IMG/VR virus record: IMGVR_UViG_3300032212_000067
Span: 1 to 38,895 of that record
Length of the DNA: 38,895 nt
Source: a virus
Taxonomy: Duplodnaviria > Caudoviricetes
Strand: one strand, 5' to 3'
The notes beneath the pieces were generated by a model. It was not told the origin of the DNA, ran no database searches, and saw only the letters and a program-made list of their open reading frames with translations. Positions 1 to 9,549 of the stretch are shown piece by piece (positions within the stretch are counted from its first letter, which is position 1; each line of letters opens with the position of its first letter). The translations under genes were made by a program, and so were the position numbers.

Positions 1-77
1 TCAGGAGGACATATTTACGGAAGCATCGAAGAAACTTTAGCCCACTACCAAAAACTAAAACAAGAAATAGAGAAGTT

Positions 78-296
78 ATGAGAGAAATTGTAAAAAATGA
101 ATTAATTGCTTGCACAGATATACTGTACGAATATTATGAAAATAACGGAACAGAGGGAGGGGCTTTAGATACAGCTGCTTTTGAGACGGTAATTAATGGG
201 AAACAAGTTCAGTTTCACGTTAGATTGGTTGATAAAAAAAGAGATTTCCTTCCAGAACATGGAATCCATGAATCCATAATATTAGGTGAGTTATAA
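78..296 (+). CDS. hypothetical phage protein
   Basis: 72-aa ORF, stop overlaps next start (TAATG); no recognised motif. Confidence 0.6.
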   Translation: MREIVKNELIACTDILYEYYENNGTEGGALDTAAFETVINGKQVQFHVRLVDKKRDFLPEHGIHESIILGEL

Positions 297-505
297 TGGA
301 TTACATTGAGCAGCTATTTGAAGAAATGTATGCTAATCAGTACAACAGAAAACATCTTTTAAGCATGAGACAATACTTAGAAGAAAGACCCTATGATTTT
401 GATAATTATATTTATAACGCTTTGTTTGTAACCCTTGAATGGTATATCAACAATAACAATAGTGACGATATAAATCAAGCAATAGAATACATTAAAGATT
501 TATGA
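296..505 (+). CDS. hypothetical phage protein
   Basis: 69-aa ORF coupled to the upstream ORF. Confidence 0.6.
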   Translation: MDYIEQLFEEMYANQYNRKHLLSMRQYLEERPYDFDNYIYNALFVTLEWYINNNNSDDINQAIEYIKDL

Positions 506-539
506 ACACTTACAGCACTAGAATAACAGCTATAGTAAA

Positions 540-1001
540 ATGAAGAGCAAAGAAGAAATTATTAAAAACGCCATTAACATTAGAAGACCTAAAAAGATTA
601 ATGGTATTTACTTTTTAATTAAGTCTAAGCAGATAGTGTACGTTGGTAGTGGCAGCGACATCAGAACAAGAATAGAATCTCATATTCTAGACAAAAAGAA
701 AAAATTTGATTCTTATTACATCTTAGAGAACGATTTAAAAAGGTTAAGCTTGTCGCGTTTAGAGGCGGACTACATCAGAGAGCATAAACCAATATTTAAT
801 AGAACCGCTAATCCTGATTATCATGAAGGCAAAAGACTTGTGTGGTTTAAGTATTTAACCGTAAAACCAAATATAGCCGAGATAAGTAGAGAACTAGATA
901 TTAACTTTCAAATAGTGAATGGAATAATTAAAGAAAACAGGAAGAAAAAAGATGTTTATTTTGAAAGGGTAGTAAAATATTTAGATGAATATAAAAAATA
1001 A
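540..1001 (+). CDS. GIY-YIG nuclease-family protein with C-terminal HTH-like region
   Basis: GIYFL...VYVG...R..SH motif and later Glu (LEADYI); C-terminal IAEISRELDINFQIV is HTH-like. Confidence 0.7.
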   Translation: MKSKEEIIKNAINIRRPKKINGIYFLIKSKQIVYVGSGSDIRTRIESHILDKKKKFDSYYILENDLKRLSLSRLEADYIREHKPIFNRTANPDYHEGKRLVWFKYLTVKPNIAEISRELDINFQIVNGIIKENRKKKDVYFERVVKYLDEYKK

Positions 1002-1024
1002 ATTAGACTTATCTAAAAAATGAT

Positions 1025-1032
1025 TATATTTG
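1025..1032 (+). promoter_or_regulatory. putative Bacteroidota housekeeping -7 box (TATATTTG)
   Basis: Matches TAnnTTTG, 28 nt upstream of the sigma-like ORF; -33 box is poor. Confidence 0.45.
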
Positions 1033-1060
1033 TAATATGTTGAACACTAATTATTTATAG

Positions 1061-1507
1061 TTGTTAGAGGAGTACGTAGGTAAGTATGATAAATATTTAG
1101 CATATGCTTTTTCAATATGCGGATGTAATGACCTTAAAAACGACTTAGTAAATGATATGTTCCTAAAGCTTGATAGGATACTCAAAGAAGATCCTAGCAA
1201 AGAGGTGACGGATGGATATATCTACATGATATTAAAATCTACATACCTAAACCAGGTTAGAGATAATAAAGAGTTTGTTCTTGACGGATATGTTTTTGAG
1301 GCTATAGATGACAAAGAGGTTTTAGAAAAGAGAGTCGAAGTATTAGAAGCTTTAAAAAAGATAAACTATACCACAAGAGAGATAGTATTAAAATCAATGG
1401 AGATGCCAATGCGAGATATAGCTGATTTAATAGGTGTTTCTAAAGGATGTATTCAAGGACATAAAGAAAAAGGAATTAAACAATTAAAAAATATATTAGA
1501 TGCCTAG
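1061..1507 (+). CDS. phage sigma-70/ECF-like sigma factor
   Basis: Region-2-like DLVNDMFLKL...YIYMILKSTYLN and region-4 HTH MRDIADLIGVSKGCI; TTG start. Confidence 0.7.
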   Translation: MLEEYVGKYDKYLAYAFSICGCNDLKNDLVNDMFLKLDRILKEDPSKEVTDGYIYMILKSTYLNQVRDNKEFVLDGYVFEAIDDKEVLEKRVEVLEALKKINYTTREIVLKSMEMPMRDIADLIGVSKGCIQGHKEKGIKQLKNILDA

Positions 1508-1937
1508 ACCAAAAGGTTCAAAGAACAAACCAAAAGAAATTCCTCTAGGGGATGCAATTGCTAAAGTAACAGAAGCAACCGGAATTAAAAAGGTTGTAGA
1601 AACAGTTTCAGAGTTAACAGGTAAAGACTGCGGATGTAATGAAAGGCAAGAACTAGCGAATGCTTATAAACTAACATCTAAGTTTCCTTACATCAATAAG
1701 AATAAAGGATGTATGAATGAAGAGCAAATAAAATACTATGAATACTTTAAGGAAAAGTTTTTTGGAGTAAAAGCTTCTTCAGTTGTTATAAAAGGAGATG
1801 ATTTAAAGGATTTTAACGCGTTTTATAATTCAGTTAATAGAAGTAATATAGTTATGTGTTCTGGGTGTACACTAAATCCTTATATTAGAGTTCTAGATAA
1901 CGTTTACAATGCCAAAGAAGAAACTAAATCAGCTTAA
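1500..1937 (+). CDS. hypothetical protein with Cys motifs
   Basis: Basic N-terminus (PRPKGSKNK), DCGC and CSGC motifs. Confidence 0.7.
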   Translation: MPRPKGSKNKPKEIPLGDAIAKVTEATGIKKVVETVSELTGKDCGCNERQELANAYKLTSKFPYINKNKGCMNEEQIKYYEYFKEKFFGVKASSVVIKGDDLKDFNAFYNSVNRSNIVMCSGCTLNPYIRVLDNVYNAKEETKSA

Positions 1938-2325
1938 AGGAGAGACAACACCTTTTAGAGTTGAAAGAAACGGTCAGTACGTTCTAATTAGAAATGTTGA
2001 CGATATAAGAAAAGGGATATTCTTTGAAACACATAGAACCCTTCATATAGGGGAGAAGTTAATATTAAGCTGGGCCGATAAATTAGATTTAGCTCACATA
2101 GTATTAAATAATAAAGAAGCCTATTACGGAATCATATACCCAAAGCAAAAGAAGTTTGATAAAAAACTTTGGAATATAGATTTAGTAGCTCAAGAACTAG
2201 CGGAGTTCACAAAAATAAGCGTAATAGAAACATGGGGAGTTAATAGTTATGTTATGCTAGTAAGAGACGATGAAGACCCAGACAGAGATAAATTATTTAG
2301 CACAGGATTTAATTGGGAAGAATGA
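1909..2325 (+). CDS. hypothetical phage protein
   Basis: 138-aa ORF in a tightly packed operon. Confidence 0.6.
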   Translation: MPKKKLNQLKGETTPFRVERNGQYVLIRNVDDIRKGIFFETHRTLHIGEKLILSWADKLDLAHIVLNNKEAYYGIIYPKQKKFDKKLWNIDLVAQELAEFTKISVIETWGVNSYVMLVRDDEDPDRDKLFSTGFNWEE

Positions 2326-2579
2326 AAAACCAAACAATGAAAAAACTAATATTACTAACCGCAATCATTTTTATAGGGTGTTCTTCAGAAGACGAAGACA
2401 ACTGCGGATGCCAAAAACTAACATACGAATTAACCCAAGGAGTATTTACACCTCCTAACGGTTTACCAATAACGACGGTAGAAAGAGAATTAATAAGTAC
2501 TGAAGATGTAGTATGTCAAGACGAACAAACAGAAGTAACCCAATCAGAAAATATAGTATTCGATATAGAATGTAATTAA
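2322..2579 (+). CDS. putative lipoprotein
   Basis: MKKLILLTAIIFIG-C signal II followed by SSEDED; start at 2322 (ATGA overlap) or 2337. Confidence 0.7.
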   Translation: MKNQTMKKLILLTAIIFIGCSSEDEDNCGCQKLTYELTQGVFTPPNGLPITTVERELISTEDVVCQDEQTEVTQSENIVFDIECN

Positions 2580-2590
2580 ATAATAGTTAT

Positions 2591-3013
2591 ATGTCCCATC
2601 CTACAAGAATATTTGAAAACCCGCAAGAATTAGAAAAAGCCTTTGAAGATTATAAGGAGGATTTAAAGGAGCAAGCAAATGAATGGTTAAAACTACAATA
2701 TGTAGGTAAGGATGGTGAGCAAAAGTTAGACCCTCAAAAAGTTCCTTATACCTTAGAGGGGTTTAAAAGATACTGCAGAACAAAGCATGGATGTGTAGAG
2801 CAATATTTTACAAATCAAGACAACTATTATGATGACTTCATTGGTATCTGTCGCGCAATAAAGGAAGAGATAAGGGAAAATCAAATTATTGGGGGGATGC
2901 TAAACTTTTATAACCCTTCGATAACACAAAGATTAACAGGGTTGTCTGATAAAGTTCAAAACGAAATAAGCGTTAAAGAAGTTCCTGAAATTGATATGTC
3001 TAAATGGAAGTAA
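2591..3013 (+). CDS. terS: terminase small subunit (P22 gp3-like DNA packaging protein)
   Basis: HPTRIF..P.EL, PYTLEGF, YNPSITQRLTGL; directly precedes the large subunit. Confidence 0.75.
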   Translation: MSHPTRIFENPQELEKAFEDYKEDLKEQANEWLKLQYVGKDGEQKLDPQKVPYTLEGFKRYCRTKHGCVEQYFTNQDNYYDDFIGICRAIKEEIRENQIIGGMLNFYNPSITQRLTGLSDKVQNEISVKEVPEIDMSKWK

Positions 3014-4287
3014 AAACTTCTGAAATAAAACCACCAAATTTAACATCTTACCAAAAAAAGATATTATACTCACCTGCAAGATTTACCATAACAGAAGCTT
3101 CTACAAAAGCAGGTAAAACATTTAGTCATATTTGCTGGCTCTTTATGAAGTCGCATCAATCAGGAATAGACCACGAAGGCAAAAATTACTGGTGGGTAGC
3201 TCCTGTTTTTTCTCAATCAAAAATTGCTTTTAAAAGACTTAGAAGGTATCTGCAAGGTAATAACCTTTATAGGTTTAATGAATCTGATTTAATTATATTT
3301 TGCCCTAACGGAGCTGAAATACATTTTAAGTCCGCTGATAATGCTGACAACCTTTACGGTGAAGATGTTTACGCCGCTGTATTTGACGAAGCTCCGAGAG
3401 CTAAAAAAGAAAGCTGGTATGCTTTGCGCTCAACTTTAACAGCAACAGAAGCTCCTTGTAAGATAATAGGGAACTTTGGGGGTATATCTAATTGGGTTCA
3501 TAAATTAAAAGAAAAAGCTAAAGATGATTCTAATTACGAATACTTTAAAATAACTTGTTGGGATGCAATTAAAGAAGGTATAATTTCAGAAGAGGAAGTT
3601 CTTCAAGCAAAAAGAGATTTACCAGAAAAAATATTCCAAGAACTATACGAAGCGGAAGCAAGCGAAATAGACGGGCAATTAATTTTAAACGATAGTATTT
3701 TAAAACTATTCGGGCACAATCAAATAAAAGACGGAATAAGATATATCACTTGTGACGTTGCTAGGTTAGGAAAGGATAAGACTGTTATAAAAACTTGGAG
3801 TGGGTTTAAGGTTATCAATGTTAAAACAATGGATATTTCTACTATCCCCCAGGTAGTGAATGCAATAAAAAGTATTCAAAGATTGTTCAATGTCAACTTA
3901 AACAATATAGTTGTTGATGAAGATGGTGTAGGAGGTGGAGTAAAAGACTATTTAAACTGTAGGGGATTTGTAAATAACTCTTCTCCTGTCAAAATCAAAG
4001 GAGAGAAAGAAAACTTTTCAAACTTGAAAACTCAATGCTATTGGAAATTAGCCGAAGCGATAAACATGAATTTAATAGATGTTAATTGTGATGAAGAAGT
4101 CCAAAGGTTATTATCAGAAGAGTTAGAGTGGGTTAGATTACCAAAAGAAGTTGACACTTCAAAAATATCTCTACTAAGCAAAGATAAGGTTAAAGAGGGA
4201 TTGGGTCGCTCTCCTGATTATTCTGATGCTTTAATGATGAGAATGTATTTTGAGTTGCAACCAAAAGGAAACTACGATATAAGATAG
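3004..4287 (+). CDS. terL: terminase large subunit
   Basis: Walker A-like STKAGKT, Walker B AVFDEA, RNase H-like CDVARLGKDKT, VDEDGVGGGV, SPDYSDALM. Confidence 0.92.
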   Translation: MEVKTSEIKPPNLTSYQKKILYSPARFTITEASTKAGKTFSHICWLFMKSHQSGIDHEGKNYWWVAPVFSQSKIAFKRLRRYLQGNNLYRFNESDLIIFCPNGAEIHFKSADNADNLYGEDVYAAVFDEAPRAKKESWYALRSTLTATEAPCKIIGNFGGISNWVHKLKEKAKDDSNYEYFKITCWDAIKEGIISEEEVLQAKRDLPEKIFQELYEAEASEIDGQLILNDSILKLFGHNQIKDGIRYITCDVARLGKDKTVIKTWSGFKVINVKTMDISTIPQVVNAIKSIQRLFNVNLNNIVVDEDGVGGGVKDYLNCRGFVNNSSPVKIKGEKENFSNLKTQCYWKLAEAINMNLIDVNCDEEVQRLLSEELEWVRLPKEVDTSKISLLSKDKVKEGLGRSPDYSDALMMRMYFELQPKGNYDIR

Positions 4288-4321
4288 TACAAAACAAAGA
4301 CTTTCGTGTTATACTTACATG
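4285..4321 (+). promoter_or_regulatory. putative phage late promoter, copy 1 (TAGTAC-N15-GTGTT-N8-ATG)
   Basis: Same motif and spacing at 4285, 11064 and 13938. Confidence 0.65.
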
Positions 4322-5002
4322 GAAGTAAAGTTAAATGTACCTACTAGCCTATCAGATATTAAGGTTTCTGATTACCAAAAGTTTATTGAATTATCTAGTG
4401 AGAAGGAAGAAGATTTCTTTATCCTTCAAAAGATGGTGCAAATATTCTGCAACGTACCATTAATTGCGGTCAATAGAATGAGCCGCAATGATTTCTTATC
4501 TATTACTAATATTATTTCTAAAACATTAGTAGAGGAATCAGAACTACAAAGAACATTTACCCTTAACGGTGTTGAATACGGTTTTATGCCTAATCTTTCA
4601 GAGATGGAGTTAGGAGAATGGATTGACGCTGATAGTTATATCGGAAAAATAGAAGAAGCTCACAAGCTATTGGCTGTTCTCTACAGACCTATAACAGTTA
4701 AGAAAAAAGATAAGTACGAAATACAAGAATACGAAGGGAGCGCTAAGTATGCTGAGGAAATGAAGGGGGCAAGCCTAGAGGTTCTTAAAGGTGTGTATGT
4801 TTTTTTTTGGACTTTAGGAAGTCAACTATTGAGAATTACCCCGAAGTATTTAGAGCGACTAATCAAGAAGGACAAGAATCTGCAAGCGGATTTGGAGAGA
4901 AATGGGGTTGGTATCAGCACTTACATAAGCTCGCTCAAGGAGACGTGTTTAAAATTAGAGAAGCTGCTAAACTTCCCATTGGTGAAGCATTCACTTTCCT
5001 AG
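4319..5002 (+). CDS. putative tail assembly chaperone (G-like)
   Basis: 227 aa; T9 run at 4800-4808 with an overlapping -1 frame ORF; function inferred. Confidence 0.55.
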   Translation: MEVKLNVPTSLSDIKVSDYQKFIELSSEKEEDFFILQKMVQIFCNVPLIAVNRMSRNDFLSITNIISKTLVEESELQRTFTLNGVEYGFMPNLSEMELGEWIDADSYIGKIEEAHKLLAVLYRPITVKKKDKYEIQEYEGSAKYAEEMKGASLEVLKGVYVFFWTLGSQLLRITPKYLERLIKKDKNLQADLERNGVGISTYISSLKETCLKLEKLLNFPLVKHSLS

Positions 5003-5055
5003 CTTTTGATAAGGAATACAACGACGAAATGATTAAACAGATTAACAAGAAATGA
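4800..5055 (+). CDS. -1 frameshift extension (GT-like) of the 4319 ORF
   Basis: Open -1 frame from slippery T TTT TTT to 5055 (…WGWYQ…); its stop overlaps the ATG at 5052. Confidence 0.55.
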
Positions 5056-5513
5056 ACGGGTACTACAAAATAACAGACAAAATAAAAGAACTCTTATTAC
5101 AAGACCCGGATGTTAACACAGTAACTAAAGCGAGTGCTGAAGAAATAGATTCTTATAAGTTTACTATGTTTCCTTTGGTTCATTTATCTATTGAGCCTAG
5201 CACTTTTAATTCACAGACAGCAACATTTGTTTTTACCATATCTGCTTTAAGTCAAAGAGAAAAAAGAAAAGAACCAACCTTAGATAAATTTATTAATAAC
5301 GACAATGAAGATGATAACCTAAACGCAATGTTTTATGTGTTGGTTAGATTGTATTTACAGTTATTAAAGTTTGGTGAAGAATTTACTATAACGAATGACC
5401 CCCAAGTAATTCCTAAGATTTATCAGTTTAAAAATTTATTAGACGGGTGGGAAGTAACATTTGAAATAGAGATGCCTTTAGATATTGATGACACAGGATT
5501 AGGAGGATGTTAG
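5052..5513 (+). CDS. putative tail terminator/completion protein
   Basis: 153 aa with FPLVHL and LDGW motifs; context. Confidence 0.5.
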   Translation: MNGYYKITDKIKELLLQDPDVNTVTKASAEEIDSYKFTMFPLVHLSIEPSTFNSQTATFVFTISALSQREKRKEPTLDKFINNDNEDDNLNAMFYVLVRLYLQLLKFGEEFTITNDPQVIPKIYQFKNLLDGWEVTFEIEMPLDIDDTGLGGC

Positions 5514-6010
5514 AAAGAGGACACGTAGAAAGAAGTTTAAAAAAGTTCGGCAAAGAAGTGAGGGCAGATGCTAGGACTAATCTGTTGGGTCGCAATGTTA
5601 GCAAGAGGTTAGCTAATAGTATTGATTACGAATTAGAGGTATTTAAAAACTCTTTTGCTTTCTCTATGAGCATGGAGGATTATGGAGAGTATTTAGATAA
5701 AGGGGTAAGCGGTACGAAAACAAAATATAATACGCCTTACTCTTATAAAGATAAGATGCCACCACCAAAAGCTTTTGACAGGTGGGCAGTTCAAAGAGGT
5801 TTGGCAGGAAGAGATGTAAGCGGAAGGTTTTTATCAAGAAAGAGCTTAACGTTTGCTCTAGCTAAACACAAATTTATGCACGGTCAAGAACCTACTAAGT
5901 TTTTTACTAGAGCATTTGAAAAGAACTTTAGAGAGTTACCAGATGATTTAATTGAGGCTTATGGTCTTGATGTAGAAGATTTATTAAGAACATCATTAAA
6001 TGCAAAATGA
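5507..6010 (+). CDS. putative neck/tail completion protein (HK97 gp10-like)
   Basis: LANSI...YGEYLDKG...G.EPTKFF pattern, basic composition. Confidence 0.5.
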   Translation: MLERGHVERSLKKFGKEVRADARTNLLGRNVSKRLANSIDYELEVFKNSFAFSMSMEDYGEYLDKGVSGTKTKYNTPYSYKDKMPPPKAFDRWAVQRGLAGRDVSGRFLSRKSLTFALAKHKFMHGQEPTKFFTRAFEKNFRELPDDLIEAYGLDVEDLLRTSLNAK

Positions 6011-7050
6011 TATTAACTAGAAGCCCATATTATTACAACCAGGTATTAACATCACAATTTGTTGATGCTATTACTTTAGAGTTGTCTATTCAAAAAAGAA
6101 ACGGAACTGCATTAGAAGAGATTGATAATATAGAATTTACAAAGGCTAGGCCTTCATCTGACAATACAAATCTATTTATAGATGTTTCTCCTAACATCAG
6201 AGATTATTATACTTTTAGCCCTATTTCCTTATCCGAACTACAAACAGGGGGATTAATAGTTTCAAGAGAGGGAGAGGTGTTGGTTTCTGCTGCAACAATA
6301 AAAGAAAGAGATACTTTAGGAACAGACTTCACGGGTAACACGATTATTACAGAATGTACAGACGGTCATGGATATTATTTAGAAGGCCAGAACCCACAAC
6401 CTCCAAGAAAAACCCTTTTATCGCATTCTAATTATAAAATGGATGCTAACGGTTATTTTATAATTCCTTTCTATGAAGTTTCAGAATCGGAAATACTAAC
6501 TATAAACGGAAATGCAGTTGCTCTAGGCTCTAACAATACACTAACCGATAAATATAAATACTTAATTATTCAGGGGTCTAGCTATACAGGAAATATAACT
6601 GTTAATTATGATGGAGAGAGTACAATAATAGAATTGATTACCGAATGTAAATACGAAGTAAAAGAAATACAATTTATAAATAGATTCGGAATGTTAGAAT
6701 CTTTACACTTCTACAAAACAAAAAAAGATTCTATCTCTACCAAGTCAACTAAGTTTAAGAACGCGTATACTAACGGGGTCTCTTACGATGTTTTAAATCA
6801 CCAAATAAAAGAATATAACAAAACCTCCAACAAGTCTACAACAATAGAAACGGGATTCCTAAATGAAGACTACAACCTAACTATGCAAGAGTTAATAGAG
6901 AGCGAGCATGTTTGGCTAAGAGAAGGTAGTGTTATAAGTCCTGTAAATGTAAAAACATCATCATTACAATTTAAGACAAGAATAGTGGATAAATTAATTA
7001 GCTACTCTATAGAATTTGAATACGCATTTGACGAAATAAACAATGTATAG
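6007..7050 (+). CDS. putative tail/baseplate structural protein
   Basis: 347 aa, beta-rich, FINRFG motif; context. Confidence 0.5.
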   Translation: MILTRSPYYYNQVLTSQFVDAITLELSIQKRNGTALEEIDNIEFTKARPSSDNTNLFIDVSPNIRDYYTFSPISLSELQTGGLIVSREGEVLVSAATIKERDTLGTDFTGNTIITECTDGHGYYLEGQNPQPPRKTLLSHSNYKMDANGYFIIPFYEVSESEILTINGNAVALGSNNTLTDKYKYLIIQGSSYTGNITVNYDGESTIIELITECKYEVKEIQFINRFGMLESLHFYKTKKDSISTKSTKFKNAYTNGVSYDVLNHQIKEYNKTSNKSTTIETGFLNEDYNLTMQELIESEHVWLREGSVISPVNVKTSSLQFKTRIVDKLISYSIEFEYAFDEINNV

Positions 7051-9397
7051 ACCTACAATATACATAGAAGGGCAAAGGGTTGATTTATTCGGAGATGAGA
7101 ATATAAATATAAATTCATCTGTTCAGAATATAAATGATATATCTAGGGTATTTAATGATTACTCAGAGTCTTTCACAGTACCAGCTACTCCAAATAATAA
7201 TAAAATATTTAAACATTGGTATAATTACACAATAGACAATGGCTTCGATGCAAGGATAAGACATGATGCAATAATAGAATTACAAACCTTAACATTTAAA
7301 AAGGGAACTATTAGACTAGAAGGAGCAACTATTGAGAATAACAAACCAATGCACTACAAGCTGACTTTCTTTGGTCAGTTGATAGATTTAAAAGAAGTTA
7401 TAGGAGATGACTATTTAAGCGTATTAGATTATACTGAATACAATTTTAATTACTCTTCTGCTAATGTAAAGACGGGCTTAGAAACCGGGTATGTAAATGA
7501 GGATTTTGTTTTCCCTTTAATTAGCACGGACAAACAATGGTTTTACGACTCCGATATAAATAATATAACCGAGCAAGATAGATTAGCAAACATTGCATGG
7601 AATGGTTCTGCAACCCAAGATGTTCATGGTGTAACGTGGACTTCTCTAAGGCCAGCTTTAAAAATAATGAGGATTCTTGAAAAGATAGAGTCTTATTACG
7701 GTATTACTTTTAGTAGAGACTTTTTAGGAAACACAGCAACCGAGGATTTATATTTATGGTTGGCTAATGATGACACGGCAGACACTTTAAATAATTATTT
7801 TAGGGTAGTTGATTACGATGTTTTTAATTCTTTTCAATCAGATAAAGGCTCTTATAACAATTCAACAGGCGCATATATTGTAAGCGACTTTGGAACAACC
7901 TTTATAAGAACTATAAGCGTAAGGGTAGACAGCTCTGACGATAAGGCATACACGGTTCAAGTTATGAATAACGATACCGTAATGAGCGAAAAGTCTGGCT
8001 CAGGAGATATTGATATTGATATTACAACCCCCAACGGGTTAGATAGGGGTTCGCAAGTTTATGTTAGAATAGTAGCGTCTGCAGGAAAGGTAGTAGACTA
8101 CATAAATATAAGGGTTCAAGAACTTTCTGCCGACACCGTTCTTTTTGCTGAAAAAACATCTGGACTAAATATTAGTTCTGTTACCGCGTTTGCAAGCAAC
8201 TTCACCCCTTCAATGAAGGTTATAGATTTTCTAAAGGGAATATTTACTTTATTTAATCTTACAATTGTTCCAATAGATAAAAATAACTTTTCTGTTTACC
8301 AATTAGATGATTGGTATGCCAGAGGAAAGATAATAGATATTACTCCCTACGTTGATACATCTAAAGTAGATGTTGATACTCCTGAAATTTATAAAGAGAT
8401 AAGTTTTAGTTTTCTTGAGCCAGGAACAATATTAGCAGACCAATTTAAAAAAACGAATAACACAGCCTACGGGGATTTAGAAACTAAAATAAAAGATGCA
8501 AGCGGAAATACTTTAGATGGTGGAGAGTTTGAAATCGAAGTTGATTTTGAGCAAATGGTTTATGAAAAACTAATAGATTTAAACACAGGTGAGGAAACAA
8601 ATATAGTTTACGGATTAAGCTTATCAGATTCTTTAGGAGATACTTTGCCGGAATCTCATTTATTATACATAAGGCAAGAAAGTTTAGCTAACAATAATAT
8701 TTCTTTAATAGATGATGTGGGGCAAAAAGTTCAACTATCAGCTAATGTTTTTATGCCTAGTCATGCCAACACCAATAAAGCAAATACAACAACCTTTGGA
8801 AGTGAGATAGATGAGCATGACGGAACACAAATAGAAAACTCATTCTTTGAACTTTACTACAAAGACTACATAACGGATTCTTTCAGTATAAAAAGAAGGT
8901 CTTATAAATTATCTTCTATACTCCCTATTAATTTAATTAACACAATACAATTAAATGATAGATTGGTTATAAACGGGGATAGGTATATTATTAATTCTAT
9001 GAGTACCAACATTACCACTCAGATGGTAGAGTTTGAGTTGTTGAACGATATTTATTTAAGTGATGAATCAACAACTACAGAAGAAGAAACTGTTGACATT
9101 CCTACGATAGACGACCCAGCCCCAGACCCAACAACCGGAACAAGTTTTAGTATTAGCTCAACAGGAGCTTCAACACAAACTGGAGGGTGTGCGCTATCCA
9201 CCGGAATAACCAAGTACTGGAACGGCTCAGAAAATAATCCAACATTAGGAGATACGATATATAACGAAGAGTTATTGACTACTGTATTTAATGGAGGAGA
9301 TACTTATTTTAAAATAAATAACAATCTAGTGATTAACATAACTACCCAAGGAGTGGTTGTTGATGTATTTGATTGTTCAGCACAAGGAAACCAATGA
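7043..9397 (+). CDS. putative tail hub/tip protein
   Basis: 784 aa; N-terminal VDLF.DE....SVQNINDI...YSESFTVPAT pattern; acidic linker then a small C-terminal domain. Confidence 0.55.
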   Translation: MYRPTIYIEGQRVDLFGDENININSSVQNINDISRVFNDYSESFTVPATPNNNKIFKHWYNYTIDNGFDARIRHDAIIELQTLTFKKGTIRLEGATIENNKPMHYKLTFFGQLIDLKEVIGDDYLSVLDYTEYNFNYSSANVKTGLETGYVNEDFVFPLISTDKQWFYDSDINNITEQDRLANIAWNGSATQDVHGVTWTSLRPALKIMRILEKIESYYGITFSRDFLGNTATEDLYLWLANDDTADTLNNYFRVVDYDVFNSFQSDKGSYNNSTGAYIVSDFGTTFIRTISVRVDSSDDKAYTVQVMNNDTVMSEKSGSGDIDIDITTPNGLDRGSQVYVRIVASAGKVVDYINIRVQELSADTVLFAEKTSGLNISSVTAFASNFTPSMKVIDFLKGIFTLFNLTIVPIDKNNFSVYQLDDWYARGKIIDITPYVDTSKVDVDTPEIYKEISFSFLEPGTILADQFKKTNNTAYGDLETKIKDASGNTLDGGEFEIEVDFEQMVYEKLIDLNTGEETNIVYGLSLSDSLGDTLPESHLLYIRQESLANNNISLIDDVGQKVQLSANVFMPSHANTNKANTTTFGSEIDEHDGTQIENSFFELYYKDYITDSFSIKRRSYKLSSILPINLINTIQLNDRLVINGDRYIINSMSTNITTQMVEFELLNDIYLSDESTTTEEETVDIPTIDDPAPDPTTGTSFSISSTGASTQTGGCALSTGITKYWNGSENNPTLGDTIYNEELLTTVFNGGDTYFKINNNLVINITTQGVVVDVFDCSAQGNQ

Positions 9398-9549
9398 TAG
9401 GAATATTATTAGACATGCTTAGGGTAGATGAATTTTATGGAGTTTCTGAAGAAATAGAAACTGCTAAAGGAAAATACTCTATACCTATGGGTTTTAGCGA
9501 TGGAGTTAAACAAGCAAAAAGAAAAGCGAGATGGTCGAAAAAAGCATAA
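9394..9549 (+). CDS. small hypothetical protein (51 aa, not in ORF track)
   Basis: MIGILLDMLRVDEFYGVSEEIETAKGKYSIP...; ATGA overlap with upstream stop, fills the gap exactly. Confidence 0.6.
   Translation: MIGILLDMLRVDEFYGVSEEIETAKGKYSIPMGFSDGVKQAKRKARWSKKA

Noticed and set aside
2270-2458. 62-aa alternate-frame ORF
   Set aside because: Overlaps two better ORFs, including the lipoprotein
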